64,000 nucleotides of DNA from the human T2T-CHM13v2.0 reference genome, Homo sapiens (GCF_009914755.1 NC_060935.1), one strand, 5' to 3'; positions 16,321 through 31,187 are shown, counted from the first letter of the stretch. Program-made: numbers and translations. Notes: generated from the letters alone by a model not told the origin.

Positions 16321-18387
16321 AGGAAGTCCTAGCCAGAACAATCAAGCAAGAGAAAGAAATAAAGGGCATCCAAATTGGAAAACAGGAAGTCAAACTATCT
16401 CTGTTTGCTAATGATATGATTGTACACTTAGAAAACCCTAAAAGATGCCTAGATCCTCCAAAAGACTCCTAGATTTGATAAATTCAGTAAAGTCTCAGGT
16501 TACAAAATCAACGTACACAAATCAGTAGCACTGCTATATACCAACAACCACCAAGATGAGAATCAAATCAATAACTCAATCCTTTTTAATACCTTCAAAA
16601 ACAAATAAAATACCTAGTAATATACTTAACTAAGAAGGTGAAAGAGCACTACAAGGAGAACTACAAAACGCTGCTGAAAGAAACCACAGGTGACACAAAC
16701 AAATAGAAATACACCCCATGCTCATGAAATCAAAGAATCAATATCATGAAAATGAGCATACTATCCAAAGCAATCTACAGATTCAATGCAATTCCTATCC
16801 AAATACTAACATCATTTTCGAAAATATTAGAAAAAACAATTCTAAAATTCATATGGAACCAAAAAGGAGCCCAAATAGCCAAAGCAATCCTGAGCAAAAA
16901 GAAGAAATCTGTAGACATCACGTTACCTGACTTATACTGCAAGGCTATAGTAACAAAACAGCAATGGTACTGGTATAAATGTAGATACACAGACCAGTGA
17001 AACAGAATAGAGAACCCAGAAATAAGCCAAATACTTACAACCAACTAACCTTCAACAAAGCAAACAAAAACATAAACTGGGAAAAGATACCCTATTCAAT
17101 AAATGGTGCTGGGAAAACTGGCTAGCCACACGCAGAAGAATGAAACTGGATCCCTATCACTCACCATATACAAAAATTAACTCGAGATGGATCAAAGATT
17201 TAGATCTAAGACATGAAACCATAAAAATTCTAAAAGAAAACTTAGGAAAAACTCTTCTGGACATTGGGTGAGACAAAGAATTTATGACTAAGACCCCAAA
17301 AGCGAATGTAACAACAAAAATAAATAAATAAATGGGAACTAATTAAACTAAAAGGCTTCTGCACAGCAAAAGAAATAACCATTAAACAGACAACCCGCAG
17401 AATGGGAGAAAATATTTGCAAATTATGCATCTGACAAACAACAAATACCTAGAATCTGCAAGGAACTCAAATAATTCAGCAAGAAAAAATCACTCCCATC
17501 AAAAACCGAGCAAATGATATGAATAAACATTTCTGAAAAGAAGATATACAAATAGCCACGAAATATATGAAAAAAATGCTCAACATAACAAATCATCAGG
17601 GAGATGCAAATTAAAACCACAATGAAATACTCTACCTTACTCCAGCCAGACTAGCCATTACTAAAAAGTCAAAAAACAATAGATCTTGACATGGATGTGG
17701 TGAAAAGCAAACGCTTATACACTGCTGGTGGGAATATAAATTAGTACAACCTCTATGGAAAACAGTATGGAGATTTCTCAAATAACTAAAAATAGATCTA
17801 CCATTCAATCCAGCAATTGCACTACTGGGTATCTACTCAAAGGATGAGTCATTATATCAAAAAGATACTTGCACAAATATGTTTATCGCAGCACAATTCA
17901 CAACAGTAAAGATACGGAACCAACCTAAGTGCCCATCAACCAATGAGTGATTAAAAAATGTGGTATGTATACACCATGGAATACTACTCAGCCATAAAAA
18001 AAGAATGAAATAATGTCTTTTGCAGCAACTTGGATGGAGCTGGAGGCCATTATTCTAAGTGAAGTAACACAGGAATGCAAAACCAAATACTGTATGTTCT
18101 CACTTATAGGTGGGAGCTAAGCTATGGGTATGCAAAGGCATATCGAGTGGTATAATGGATTATGGAGACACAGAAGGGGGAGGAAGGGAGGGAGGGAGGG
18201 GAGATGAAGGGTTACAAAGACTACATATTGGGTACCATGTACACTACTCAGGTGACTGGCACACTAAAATTTCAGACACAATTCATCCATATAATCAAAA
18301 ACCACTTGTACCACAAAAGCTATTGAAATAAAAAATACATATTTTTAAAATATAATAATAATGAAACATTTAAAAATAAATACATAA
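16321..18387 (+). mobile_element. L1PB-type 5'-truncated LINE-1 (about 2.07 kb)
   Basis: RT-to-C-terminal ORF2 remnant (ORF 16746-17000); PB-like 3' UTR; TSD ATAAAATGACCT at 16308-16319 and 18388-18399. Confidence 0.93.
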
Positions 18388-18468
18388 ATAAAATGACCTC
18401 AAGTGATAAGGGTTTCCAACAGAACAAAGGTCCAAGTCAGTGAGGGGAAAAAGATTAACTTTTTCACT

Positions 18469-18780
18469 CTTTTTTTTTTTTTTTTTTTTTTTTGAGACAG
18501 GGTCTCACTCTGTCATCCAGGCTGGAGGTCAGTGCCACAGTCTCGACTCACTGCAATCTCAACCTCAGGTGATCACCTCAGGTGATCCTCCCATCTCAGC
18601 CTCCTGAGTAGCTAGGACCACAGGTGTGTGCCACTGTGCCTGGCTAATTTTTCTAATTTTTGTAGAGATAGGGGTTTACCATGTTGCCCAGGCTGGTCTC
18701 AAACTCCTGAGCTCAAGAGATCCACCTGCCATGGGCTCCCAGAGTGCTGGGATTACAGGTGAGTGCCACAGTGCCTGGCC
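18469..18780 (-). mobile_element. AluJ-type SINE
   Basis: TSD AACTTTTTCACT at 18457-18468 and 18781-18792. Confidence 0.94.
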
Positions 18781-19216
18781 AACTTTTTCACTTATTTATT
18801 CAGTTTCCACAGAACTATCTGGTCTTCTGTTTTTCTTCCCTGTCCTACCCACCCATGCTCCCACACGCCTAGCCTGGGTGATAAGCCGCAGAAAATAACG
18901 CTGACCCACCAGGACCACAGCTCTTGATGTGGCTTCAACCAAGTCTGAGCCTCATATCCTGAGATCTACCCCAGCCCTCCAGGGACCAGAAATAGTGACA
19001 AATACATGGGAACTATGTAGGCGACTCAAATGTAGACAGAGCTGGGCACATCATACTGCTCCCAAATTGGCTTTCTTGAACAAACCTAACCTGAAATAGA
19101 CAAAGGCTGCTAGATGTTATTTTGCCAATACCTTTTGGCAGAGCTATTTCTAGCTAATTCTGATCACTGAGCTACTCATGGAGGTTTTAAAAATGGTCCA
19201 TCTTTAAACCTACCAT

Positions 19217-19330
19217 TTTGGGAGGCAAAAGTGGGAGGATTGCTTGAGCCTGGGAGTTCGAGACCTGTCTGGGCAACATAGGGGGACCCCGTCTCTAAAA
19301 ATAAGTAAGTAAATTAATTAATTAAAAAAA
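19217..19330 (+). mobile_element. FLAM / partial Alu monomer
   Basis: TTTGGGAGGCAAAAGTGGGAGGATTGCTTGAGCC...GTCTCTAAAAAT. Confidence 0.85.
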
Positions 19331-19361
19331 ATTTTAAATGGCCCTCTGAAACAAGATATAA

Positions 19362-19742
<381 letters not shown>

Positions 19743-20411
19743 TGACCTGTCAATATACAAATGGGGGAAAAATAGCAAAACGGAATCCTCACAACTGATA
19801 TTGCTGATTAACTGGACAAGAAGGATTCAATTAATATACTTTGACCTTAAGTGCCATTTTTCCATGTTAACCCACAGCACCAAATACTCATTTGCAAGTT
19901 GGGTTTTCTTTATCTCCAGGTATCTATGTACAGATTCGAGTGACTACTGAAAAGTACAAAGCTTTGATTCCCCTCCCATACAATTATACTATTTTCAAGA
20001 GAATTTCCATTCCCCTGGGACTTGGACCCAGTAGAAGAAGCCTTTTGGGTCTAAGTACTTAGAATGCACTCATCCCTGGCTCAAGAGGCAAGACCAGACT
20101 TTCAAGAAAAGCTTCTCCAGGCAGTCCTGGAGAAAGACAGCTATTGAGTGGCACTTCCTAATTCAAGGGGATATTATGCTAACTAGAGTTCCCGGCAACA
20201 GTAAATGTAATCCAACATGACTAATAGAAAAAATAACTGACTAGGCCCTGTTTACTCACTAGAAAATATATCCCCACATGATGAGCCTTAACAGAGGTCA
20301 TCTCAGCTTCCAGAGACCAGAGTGTTGTAAAAACAGTTGCTTCCCAACAGCAATATTTGGATCAGGAGGTACCCAACACTCATATCCAAAACTAATTTCC
20401 CATCCAATTTC

Positions 20412-20747
<336 letters not shown>

Positions 20748-22058
20748 TGATTCATCAAACCCCTAACATTAAGCATATTCACTGAAGAAAGGTAATAAGA
20801 GAATAAACAGATGCCCGTACACACCCCAGTGCTTTTTCCGCAGGAGATATTCAAAAACTATAGGACACAAGAAAGGAAAAGTATATAAATGATAGTGATA
20901 CAGAGCACTTCCCAGAGACCAGTGTCTGACAGTCTCAGGACACTGACTCTGATTAAAGGCACTTTTTACCCCACTCTAGTTAGCCGCCTCCAAAAGGAAG
21001 AATGGAACAAGACGGAAAAAATTTAAAAAATCTAAATTCAAACTTGTCCTTGGCTAAATTTACATCCAAGATCCCAACTTCACATCAAAGAAAGAAAAAA
21101 GCCACCCAAAGTGACCCCTGCCTACTCAAAGGAGTTTCCAAAACATTAACAAACAGGGACAAATTCCCAGCATATTCTAATTACTATGACCTTTTATCAT
21201 TAAGAGTCCCATAAAAAGGGGCTTATTTCTAATGCTACTAACAAAGGGTTAAGCAGATTATTTCTATCATATTTGCATGGAGATCCTAAATTCCAGTTTA
21301 AACAAATGATTCCCAGACTTCTAGATAGGCCTTAATTGGGCTAATCTGTTACTTTTAGTGCAATCTCGCAAAGGCTGGATTCTTCTTAAGCCCTTAAAGG
21401 ACTTGAGTAAAATTCTTTTGATGGTAATTTTTTTAAAAGATCATCTCCAGAGTTTACATATATTCCACAATTACTTATGCTGATAGAAAAAAATATATAT
21501 ATTTTACTCCAAAAGGCTCCTTCCAGTTTGAAAGCTCTAATTGCCAACATATCTGATATGAACTTCCTGCATAAAACAAAACACAAAGCAACAAGTATAA
21601 TCATAGGTCTAAAAAGAGAGACTTGTTAAGGAAAACAGAGAAAGCTCAGCTTGTTTAGCCAGAGGAAGGGAAGGAAAGGATGGGTACAGATGGGACAGTC
21701 TGTACATTTGGTAGCTGCCTTTGGAGTCCAGGAAAGACAATTTGTTCACTCTGTGAACATGTGTGCATTGAAGAGGGACAGGAAAACAGTAAAAGTAGGA
21801 AACATTAAAAGAAAAGCTAACTACAAGGAGATAATCTGTGATCATCAATCTGGAAACCTTCCTTAGAAAGTGTTTCCCAGGGAAATTGTGAGATCTCTTT
21901 AAGAGAGATTAAATCTCTTCAGAAAGATTTAAGGATATTTGGAGGTGGAGGAGGTCAAAATAGTCAAAGTTCTACCATACTAGGAGATTACATCTGAGTA
22001 TCAAAGGGATATTCCAGTCCTGGGGAATTGTCCAAATGCCATCCCCACTAAAAAATAA

Positions 22059-22405
<347 letters not shown>

Positions 22406-23699
22406 TGCAGTCCTATTTTTCTAAGCTCTTAGCTATCTTAGAAAACCTAAATCACCTGTTTAATAAATTATTAAAATGACAAGTACCAAATACAAAAACA
22501 TTAACTATGTAAGCAATGCATCAAAAATGCAACCAAACATTTCTAACATTTAAATAAGGGCATTGCCAAAGTCTCTTCTTGAGGCCCCAACTCTCAAAAC
22601 TAGGTTCAAGAGCATTCTCCCGGGAAGACATACCAAATGATCCCCAACCAACAATGAGCTTTGCCATTCTCTGGAGGAATGACCACATAACCTATAACCA
22701 GAGGCTACAGAGAAAATAAAATGACTTTCAGGTGACACAAAATACAAACTGGGAGAAGGAACCAAGGTGCTAATCAGGGTGTGACCACCTCTATCTGGCC
22801 CTAAGGGATTACCCTGATCTAGAAGAACTAGGAAAACTGAGCTCAGAGATCTCTCAAACATCAAATTCCAGGAACTTCTGAATAAATGGCAAAGCTGGAA
22901 CTTTAACCCAGGTTTTTGTACTCCAAATCCCCTACACTAAGAGGGGTCACATTCCTCAGAGGTCCAAAACCCAAACTGAGTCATATCCTGACCCATGTAG
23001 AGGTCCTGGTGATAATTTCACCTATCAAAACCCCATTCAGTAAGGCAAGCTCTCCAAGGTGTGAGAGGCTCTTAAAGGTAAAAATGGGTGTGGAGAACCG
23101 AGATCATATTTTGATTTCGCATTTTTTATTTGACAAAAAACCATGGGTGACTCTAACATTAATTAAAAGAAAACTTCTTTAGTTGACAAACATCACTTTT
23201 CTGCCTGTCAAGCTGCCCCTCCTTAGTGAGCCCTCCTGCTAGGGGATATTCCTTGGCCAAACAACCAAGTCTCCAGAGCACTAGCAAGTTCAGAGGAAAT
23301 GGCGTACAGGTTGCACAAGAAATAGCAAGAAATCCAGATTGTATTCAAAGCGGCAGACTAATTCTAGTAAAATGTCTCCACCCACTGCTGCCCTTCCTGA
23401 GCCCATTATCTGCCGAGAATCAAAGGGCCTGGCTATAAATGTGGGTGTCCAATGTCCTTATAAGCTCCATAAGCTGTATACATGAACAATACGATTAACT
23501 GGTAAGAAATGTGGAGGGGTAGGAAGACCTTTGCACATCTCTAAATCCTGGCTTTCCTATCCCTTCTAAATCCCCACGCAGGAACTCTACAAAGGCCTCC
23601 TGTTTTTCCTCCATAACACAAAGTGAAATAAATGTATATTTTATGTTAATCTTTCTCATAATTAAGAAAGGTAATCTAAATTCACTTTTACCTTACTAG

Positions 23700-24030
<331 letters not shown>

Positions 24031-24634
24031 AAAATTCAGCATTTTTAAGAAATAAGAGAATATGAGAGGAAAAGGCACATCAACTTACCTAAGATGTTTA
24101 GGGCGAGGAAAAGCTTTTAAACAAATTACAACATTGATCTACCTCTCAGGGTAGTCATGAAAGAAAAAACCAAAGCATTGCGAAACATGGGGGAACATAA
24201 AGGACAAACCAGCAGTGGCATTGATCCACATACACATTCCATTTCAGCGTATGCCTGGTAAGATTCAGCTCTTTTCTGATCCAGAGCAGCCCCGTGGTCA
24301 CTCCAACTAGCTCTTTACCCAGTGAACCAAGCTACTCGCTGCAGGGTACAGTAAGTGAGACAGGAATTGAAACACCCAGATATCCTGGCTACATTTCCTT
24401 TTTGAACCTCCTCATTAGGAATTATGACTTGCACATGACTTGTGATGAGCATGTCACATTCCTGTACATAGATGTCACCTTAATCTTCTAAAATCACTGC
24501 TTTACCCATAGCTCCTTTTCTCAAAAATCTTTAAAACCTAAACAATGTCTACAGGATAAAGTTCCAGCCCTTGAGCCAGAATTCAACCTGACCACAGTTC
24601 GGCTTCCACTGGACCTCCCACTGCTCTTTGGAGA

Positions 24635-24860
24635 AGGCAGCTGTGAAAGCACCCATGTTAGTCTGAGAGCCAGGCATTGGAATTCCAGCTCTGCCACTTT
24701 ACCACTTGTGTCATCCCAAGCCAGTTACGTATCTTTTTGATCTTGTCTTTTTAAAAACAAGAATTCCCTCATCTTTAAAACAAGAGCAACAATACCTATG
24801 TCACAACACTGAAGGATGAAAGAGAGAGCTGGCAGGTGGCATAGAGCAGATGCTATTACT
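24635..24860 (+). mobile_element. MIR SINE
   Basis: GAATTCCAGCTCTGCCACTTTACCACTTGTGTCATCCC...CTCATCTTTAAAACAAGAGCAACAATACCT. Confidence 0.7.
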
Positions 24861-25035
24861 TTTCTCTCTAGGTCCAGTCCAAATGGTCTGCTCTCCATTC
24901 TCTTGAAAGCTTTCCCCAGCAACTCTCCACCAGTTTCAGAAGCATACTTTGCTTCAAGGCTCTCCCCTCTTCTATGAAACCGCCCTGCCTCAGAATCATT
25001 TTCTCCTTGAGCTTTATAATTCTTAGATTCTAAGC

Positions 25036-25246
25036 CAAGTTTGTCCAACCTGCGGCCCATGGGCCGCCCAGGACGGCTCTGAGTGTGGCCCAACACAAAT
25101 TCGTAAACTTTTAAAAATATTATGATTTTTTATGCGATTTATTTTAAGCTCATCAGCTATCCTTAGAGTTAGTGTATTTTACATGCGGCCCCAGGCGATT
25201 CTTCTTCCAGTGTGACCCCGGGAAGCCAAAAGATTGGACATTCCTG
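25036..25246. mobile_element. MER30-like hAT-Charlie MITE
   Basis: TIRs CAAGTTTGTCCAA / TTGGACATTCCTG; exact 8-bp hAT TSD TTCTAAGC at 25028-25035 and 25247-25254. Confidence 0.9.
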
Positions 25247-25528
25247 TTCTAAGCCAATTGATCTGAAATTATCCTTCACTCAAATGTCACTTCTCTTTCC
25301 CCAAGGAGTCCACAAACTCAAGACCAAGGATTTCCCTAATTACCAAGCCAATCCAATCTAAGCGTTCAGTAAAAAAATACTTTTAAGGTAAGAGTTGCCT
25401 TGGAGTTGTCTACCAAAATGGGTGCCCTTCTGGCCCAATTAGGGGATAACATTTCCCATACATACACTTGAACAATTTTTCTTCCCCCTATCTTGGGGAG
25501 TTTTTCCAAAGGTAATATTTGCCAGATA

Positions 25529-25877
<349 letters not shown>

Positions 25878-26629
25878 TTAGTCACCTAGGAACTCTCTGC
25901 CAGACCAGCAGAATTTAAGAAGCCTTCACTTCATGCATTCAACAGGCTCTTCTTGAGTTCTGGCCTTGTGCGGTCCTTAATTCAGCAAGGGAGATAGGCT
26001 GTGAACAATTCAGTCTCTATCTTGGATTAGCTTTCTGGACCCCAGATTACGTCTAACCTTTTAGAAACCCCTAATTCTGGCAAAAAAAAATCAATTAAGG
26101 GATTCACCTTCTGAAAAATATTAAAACAAAACAATGCAGCCCTTTGGGTTTTAACCCTGTGGCCCCATCCCAAAATGGCCAGTTGCAGTGTGTGCAGCTA
26201 AGAGGTAGCTGAAAACAGTCTTGCAGATGGGATAATGACCTCTTTGCCATTCCCAAGACCCTGCTATCCAAACAGCAGAAACACCTGGTTGGTAATAAAA
26301 GCAAGAGCTGGACTAAGGCTGTACTAAGGCAAATTTTCTCACTTAATGAAGAAGTTATTTTATTCATATTAATCATCAACTACTTTCATATAAAGATCCC
26401 AGGAAAATGCAATAAGCCCTCTTTAGAAACACTTGAAAACATTGTCTCTTGAACTCTACTCAGTTACTAAATTATTGGATAACGTGCCATAAACATTGAC
26501 TAGAGTGTGGACCCTTTAATACTTAGTGCGTGTCTGCACAAGGGCAAAAAGTGAACCATCCACAAATAAACATAGTTTAACTTGTTGCAGTAATAGCATG
26601 CAAAGTTAATTTTCCTTTGTTTGAGTTCC

Positions 26630-26688
26630 GTGTGTCTGTGTGTGTTGTGCGTGTGTATGTGTGTGTGTGTGCGCGCGCGCGCGCGCGT
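26630..26688. repeat. (TG)n-(GC)8 alternating purine-pyrimidine microsatellite
   Basis: Uninterrupted alternation 26646-26688 including (GC)8 at 26671-26686. Confidence 0.95.
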
Positions 26689-27099
26689 TCTTCAAGGAGC
26701 CTGCATACAAGCTGCAACAGCTCCAGGTAGGAGCTCGAATGCCGCCACCGAGAGGCAAGGCGGTGCGCAGAGCCAGCTCCCAGGACGTCCCGAGATCGGG
26801 TCTCCGCTCGGCACCAGGCAGCTCTTCACCGCCGGACTCTGGCCGCGAGGTTCCCCACCCCCAACCGCGCGGCCCCCGCCGGGCCGGAAAGCAGAGCCGG
26901 CGGCTACTGACCGCCCGGGAGAGCGGACCCCACCAGCCCCGCTCCTCTGCGCCTGCGGCGGCCCCCACGCGCGTACTCACGGAGCTGGACACCGCTGCCG
27001 GGGCCGGGAGTCGGGAGCAGAGGGAAAAGGGCTGGGAGGGCAGGGGCGGGACCGGGCGCGCACGCGGGAACCGGGGCCACCCGGCCCGGAGGCGCTTAC

Positions 27100-27234
27100 C
27101 TCTGCGTTCCCCAGCCGGGCCGGGCGCGGCGCCTGGATGGGGTCTCGCCGGGAGCCGCGCGGCCCGGAGGAGGAGCCGCTCCTGCAGAGAGGGCGGGCGG
27201 CGGGCAGGCATCCGCGCCCCGGGCTGCGGCCGGG
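27100..27234 (-). other. 5' exon (probably 5' UTR) of a minus-strand gene; 5' boundary uncertain (TSS, or acceptor at 27234 or 27181)
   Basis: Consensus donor GAG|GTAAGC at 27100/27099 inside the island; acceptor CCCTCCCCTCTCTCTCCCTGCAG| ahead of 27234; intronic L1s in 1-27 kb are antisense to this direction. Gene not confidently recognised (unverified recollection: SYTL4). Confidence 0.75.
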
Positions 27235-27561
27235 CTGCAGGGAGAGAGAGGGGAGGGAGCGCAGATTTGAGTGGAGGGGGCGTGGAGGATGTGCGCCTCC
27301 ACCCAAGACAGAGAGGGTGGGCTGCTGGAGCCCGGCGGAGGGGAGCGCTCGGAGGCGCCGGAGGCAGCGAGAAAGCCGCGCCGAGAGTGTGCGAGGGAGG
27401 GTGGGGGACAGGGGTGAGGGAGGCGGGGGCCGGGGGCAGCAGGGAGGAGAAGTTGGCCCCCAAACTGGACGGCCCTCACCTCCTCACCATCCGACCAAGA
27501 GTTGTCTGGGTCTGGAGCAAAGCACAACGGGGTCTGAAACTTTATGTCATTTTCTCATACA

Positions 27562-27569
27562 CACGTGAC
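27562..27569. promoter_or_regulatory. E-box CACGTGAC (USF / MiT-TFE CLEAR-like)
   Basis: Exact GTCACGTG on the minus strand at the upstream edge of the island. Confidence 0.5.
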
Positions 27570-28351
27570 CCCCCTGGAGTCCAGATGGTTTCAATCACTG
27601 GAGGAAAAAAGCGGCTCTTCTGGTATGCGTGAAAAGCCGGAGCTGGGAGAGTCTGGGAAAAGCTGCCTGCACCGCCCGCCGGCCTTCAAACAAACCGATG
27701 AGCTCTTTCCCTTCTCCCAGTTCTCGGGCCTCGGGGGAGCCCTACAAAACCCAAATGAAATTCAAAGAAGCTACTTTTGGTACTGCAGCAGCAGCAGAAC
27801 TCCCAAAGCACTAGGGTTCCAAGGAGCCTGGTCTCAACCGAAAGCTCCAAAAGGGATTCTGAAATTTTACTTTAAATACTCCACTGGTTTGCAAAACCAA
27901 AAACTAGAAAAGGGTGCCATTTAATAATAAAGCAATGGAATAACAGCACTGAGAATCTGTGATTTATTAGTGGAATTTGAAGGAAATCATTAGCCCAGTA
28001 TAACAATCAACTTGGAAAAGAAAAATGTAAATTACTTAAGATCCAAACCCATACTTAGTGAGATGTTAGGAAATCGTGTAATCCATTTTTTACTCACGTA
28101 AATCACTGTAAATAAAATTTGATAATAGAAATGCACAACAGCAGCAATGAAAATTGACTTTTGAAGTTTCAGTTTTACATTGACTTTACAAATTTACATT
28201 TCTAAGGAACCAGTGTGTATGAACATAAGCAGGCTCCAAGGCCAGGACATGTTCCAAAATCCAAGCCAGTTCAATTGTCACATATCCTAAAGAGGTATTT
28301 ACTCAGCTGCAGGGCAAGCATCAAAAATAATGAGTTTAAGATACATCCTGA

Positions 28352-28656
28352 GGCCGGGCGCGGTGGCTCAGGCCTGTAATCCCAGCACTTTGGAGGCCAA
28401 GGTGGGCGGATCACTTCAGGTCAAGAGTTCAAGACCAGCCTGGCCAACATGGTGAAACCCCATCTCTACTAAAAATACGAAAGTTAGCAGGAGTGGTGGC
28501 AGGCGCCTGTAATCTCAGCTACTAGGGAGCCTTGAGGCAGGAGAATCCCTTGAACCCAGGAGGCAGAGATTGCAGTAAGCCAAGATCGCACCACTGCATT
28601 CCAGCCTGGGCAACAGAGTGAGACTCCGTCTAAAAAAAAAAAAAAAAAGAAAAAAA
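28352..28656 (+). mobile_element. AluS-type SINE
   Basis: TSD AAGATACATCCTG at 28338-28350 and 28657-28669. Confidence 0.96.
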
Positions 28657-29809
28657 AAGATACATCCTGGAAATAATTTAACTTGGTCAAGATCGAACAC
28701 AAGTAATGGCAAGAACCAAACTGATAAAGTCTACTGTTCCTTTGCCAAAAAAGGATATTACACAGGAATTACTAGTATTAACTCTTTGTCTCCAAAATAC
28801 TGAGGCCAAAGGACAGTTTGGCCTTTCTAGCAGAAGGCCTTATATGCGGTGTGATGCAGTCTGCGCATGAAAAATAAATCAATTCCTCGTTGAGTTGCTT
28901 CTACATTAGGAAAGCCCAAGATTTCAGCTGTTGTTGAGGCACATTGAAAACACAAAGGCCAAAAATCAGCACAGGTTTTACTCCAAAAATCAGAACAGTT
29001 TTACTTTAATCAGAACAAGTTTTTCTCCAAACTCACAATCTAAGTGAGTTTCTACTCTAGTTCACTGAAGTGCTTGAACACCTCAGGAGACCTGGGCCAT
29101 ATTTGGATGAACTTAGCCCTCTCCAGTCTTTTCCAATCTCTCCAATCTCAAATTAGGATGGTTCTGCCCCAAACGTGGAACAAGAGAACTCATGAATGTA
29201 AAGGCAAGCCACAGAATTTAGCCAGCCTCCAGGTAAATTCTACCTGCAGCTCTCTGAGCTCTGTAAGGAGGTTCTTAAGTCTCCCACTTTCAAAACTATT
29301 AGAACCTCTACTACTAAAGTCCCGTTTTTCTTGTAACATCTCTAAGGAAAGACAACTCAACAGACAGCATCAAGATTTTCTCTAATCAGACCCAGGACAA
29401 TAATTATTTTCATCATTGGCAGCTGCTGCTGCTGCCTCTTATATGTGCTGAAGCAATGTAAGAGGGCAATAATTAGATATAAATACTTGTTCTTTTTGTT
29501 GGCCAATTCCATTGTAAGTTATGCATGGAACTGTTTTAATTCTTAGGAAAAAAACTTCATTAGATCTGCTCTCTCAGAAAGAAAAGTTAACATCCCTTAA
29601 ATTGTCTAAATATAGTCTAAATATAGCCTTGAGTCTAAACTTCATATATGTGACTATTAGTTCATCTTAATACTGGCCAAATATTTATTAGAGACACTGA
29701 CATCAGAAATGGTGTTAATGCTATATTTTAAATAGTAGTAATTTAGTAATTTGCGTTAACGTAATGTTCACATCACTTGACAAACAAGGTCGACTATGTA
29801 TAAGAGATG

Positions 29810-29935
29810 GCAAGCTCTTTGAGGACAGCAACCTAGCCTGTCTTGCTAATAATTACATCCTATCTGCCTAGCACAGTGCCCAGCATGAAATAAGCGCACA
29901 GTAAATATATGCTGTCTGAATAAATGAAAGATAAA
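29810..29935 (+). mobile_element. L2 3' end relic
   Basis: AAGCTCTTTGAGGACAG...GCCTAGCACAGTGCCCAGCA...AGTAAATATATGCTGTCTGAATAAATGAA. Confidence 0.75.
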
Positions 29936-30784
29936 TAAAAACACTCCTCATAAGGTTACAATCCTGTTGTAGAGACATGTGACTTATAAACAACAGAATG
30001 AAATCGCCATGGAAGGATACTAGCAACAAAAAAGAGGAAGGGATCATTAGCATTAGCCAGCTTTGGACTTTAATCACAGCATATATTGAGAAATGTGCAG
30101 AGACTGCTGAAAATAGGAAGCGCTTGTAGGAGGAATTTGGTAAATTTACTGCCTAATTTAGGGGTCTGAGATATACTTTCCCATGTTCCATTATTCAGTC
30201 CCATCAACACAGAGCCAAGACAAGATTTGAGCATAAACATCCTGGCTCTAATTTGGATAGTTATGAATACTGTTCCTTTCATCCTCTCTCATACGTCTCC
30301 TCCACCCGCAAGCCATTTCCTCTGTACGGTCTTCTGTCAGTCTAATGAAAGTTTCCTAATCTTTAGAAGCAGTAGCTTTGGTTCTCTTTGTGCAGAGAAG
30401 TACAATATGCCCTGATTACATGGTTATATTCCATACAGATGCCTGGCAACACATCTTGTAGCTAAGGGTCTGTTTAATATTTTAACCTTGAGAGCCTTAT
30501 AATTCAACTACTTTGTTATATACCAAAATAGAACTTGACATCACAAAGATGAGCTTTACTTCCTTTTGCTATTTTAAATCCTGCACTTAAGCATGGTGAG
30601 TTGTCTGGGTTTTCTGGTTCATGGATTTTGCTTTGGCATGTTTTGTTTTTTCCTTTGAAGGACAGAAGGGTTAAGATTTTCTAGGAAGATTTTCAGGTTT
30701 GCAGGTCTAGCACTCACGAAACAATGATTTCTTCCTAGGTACTCTGCCTGTAATATTATATGTATTCATTAAAGGGGCAGTGAG

Positions 30785-31078
<294 letters not shown>

Positions 31079-31187
31079 GGTATTGGGGCTGTGGGGCCTT
31101 ATTTATGCTTCATGATCCAAACAACCAGTTTTCTCTAAAGCAGACAACTGGGAAAGGTGGTTAGCCTAGATGACTTTAAGTGTTCTA

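Larger units (their letters stand above)
26650..27740. promoter_or_regulatory. CpG island promoter
   Basis: Very GC-rich, undepleted CpG (core about 26670-27440), GC boxes (GGGGCGGG at 27043-27050), no repeats, in a CpG-poor background. Confidence 0.93.

Noticed and set aside
21600-22050. Possible CR1/L3 relic
   Set aside because: Similarity too weak to support without an HMM search
24080-24092. Strong minus-strand donor TAG|GTAAGT
   Set aside because: No convincing paired acceptor nearby; isolated donors are common in long introns
26606-27632. Long overlapping ORFs (285, 315, 330 aa) on both strands
   Set aside because: Expected from stop-codon scarcity in a GC-rich island; Arg/Gly/Pro/Ala low complexity, non-ATG starts, and they run through microsatellite and splice sites
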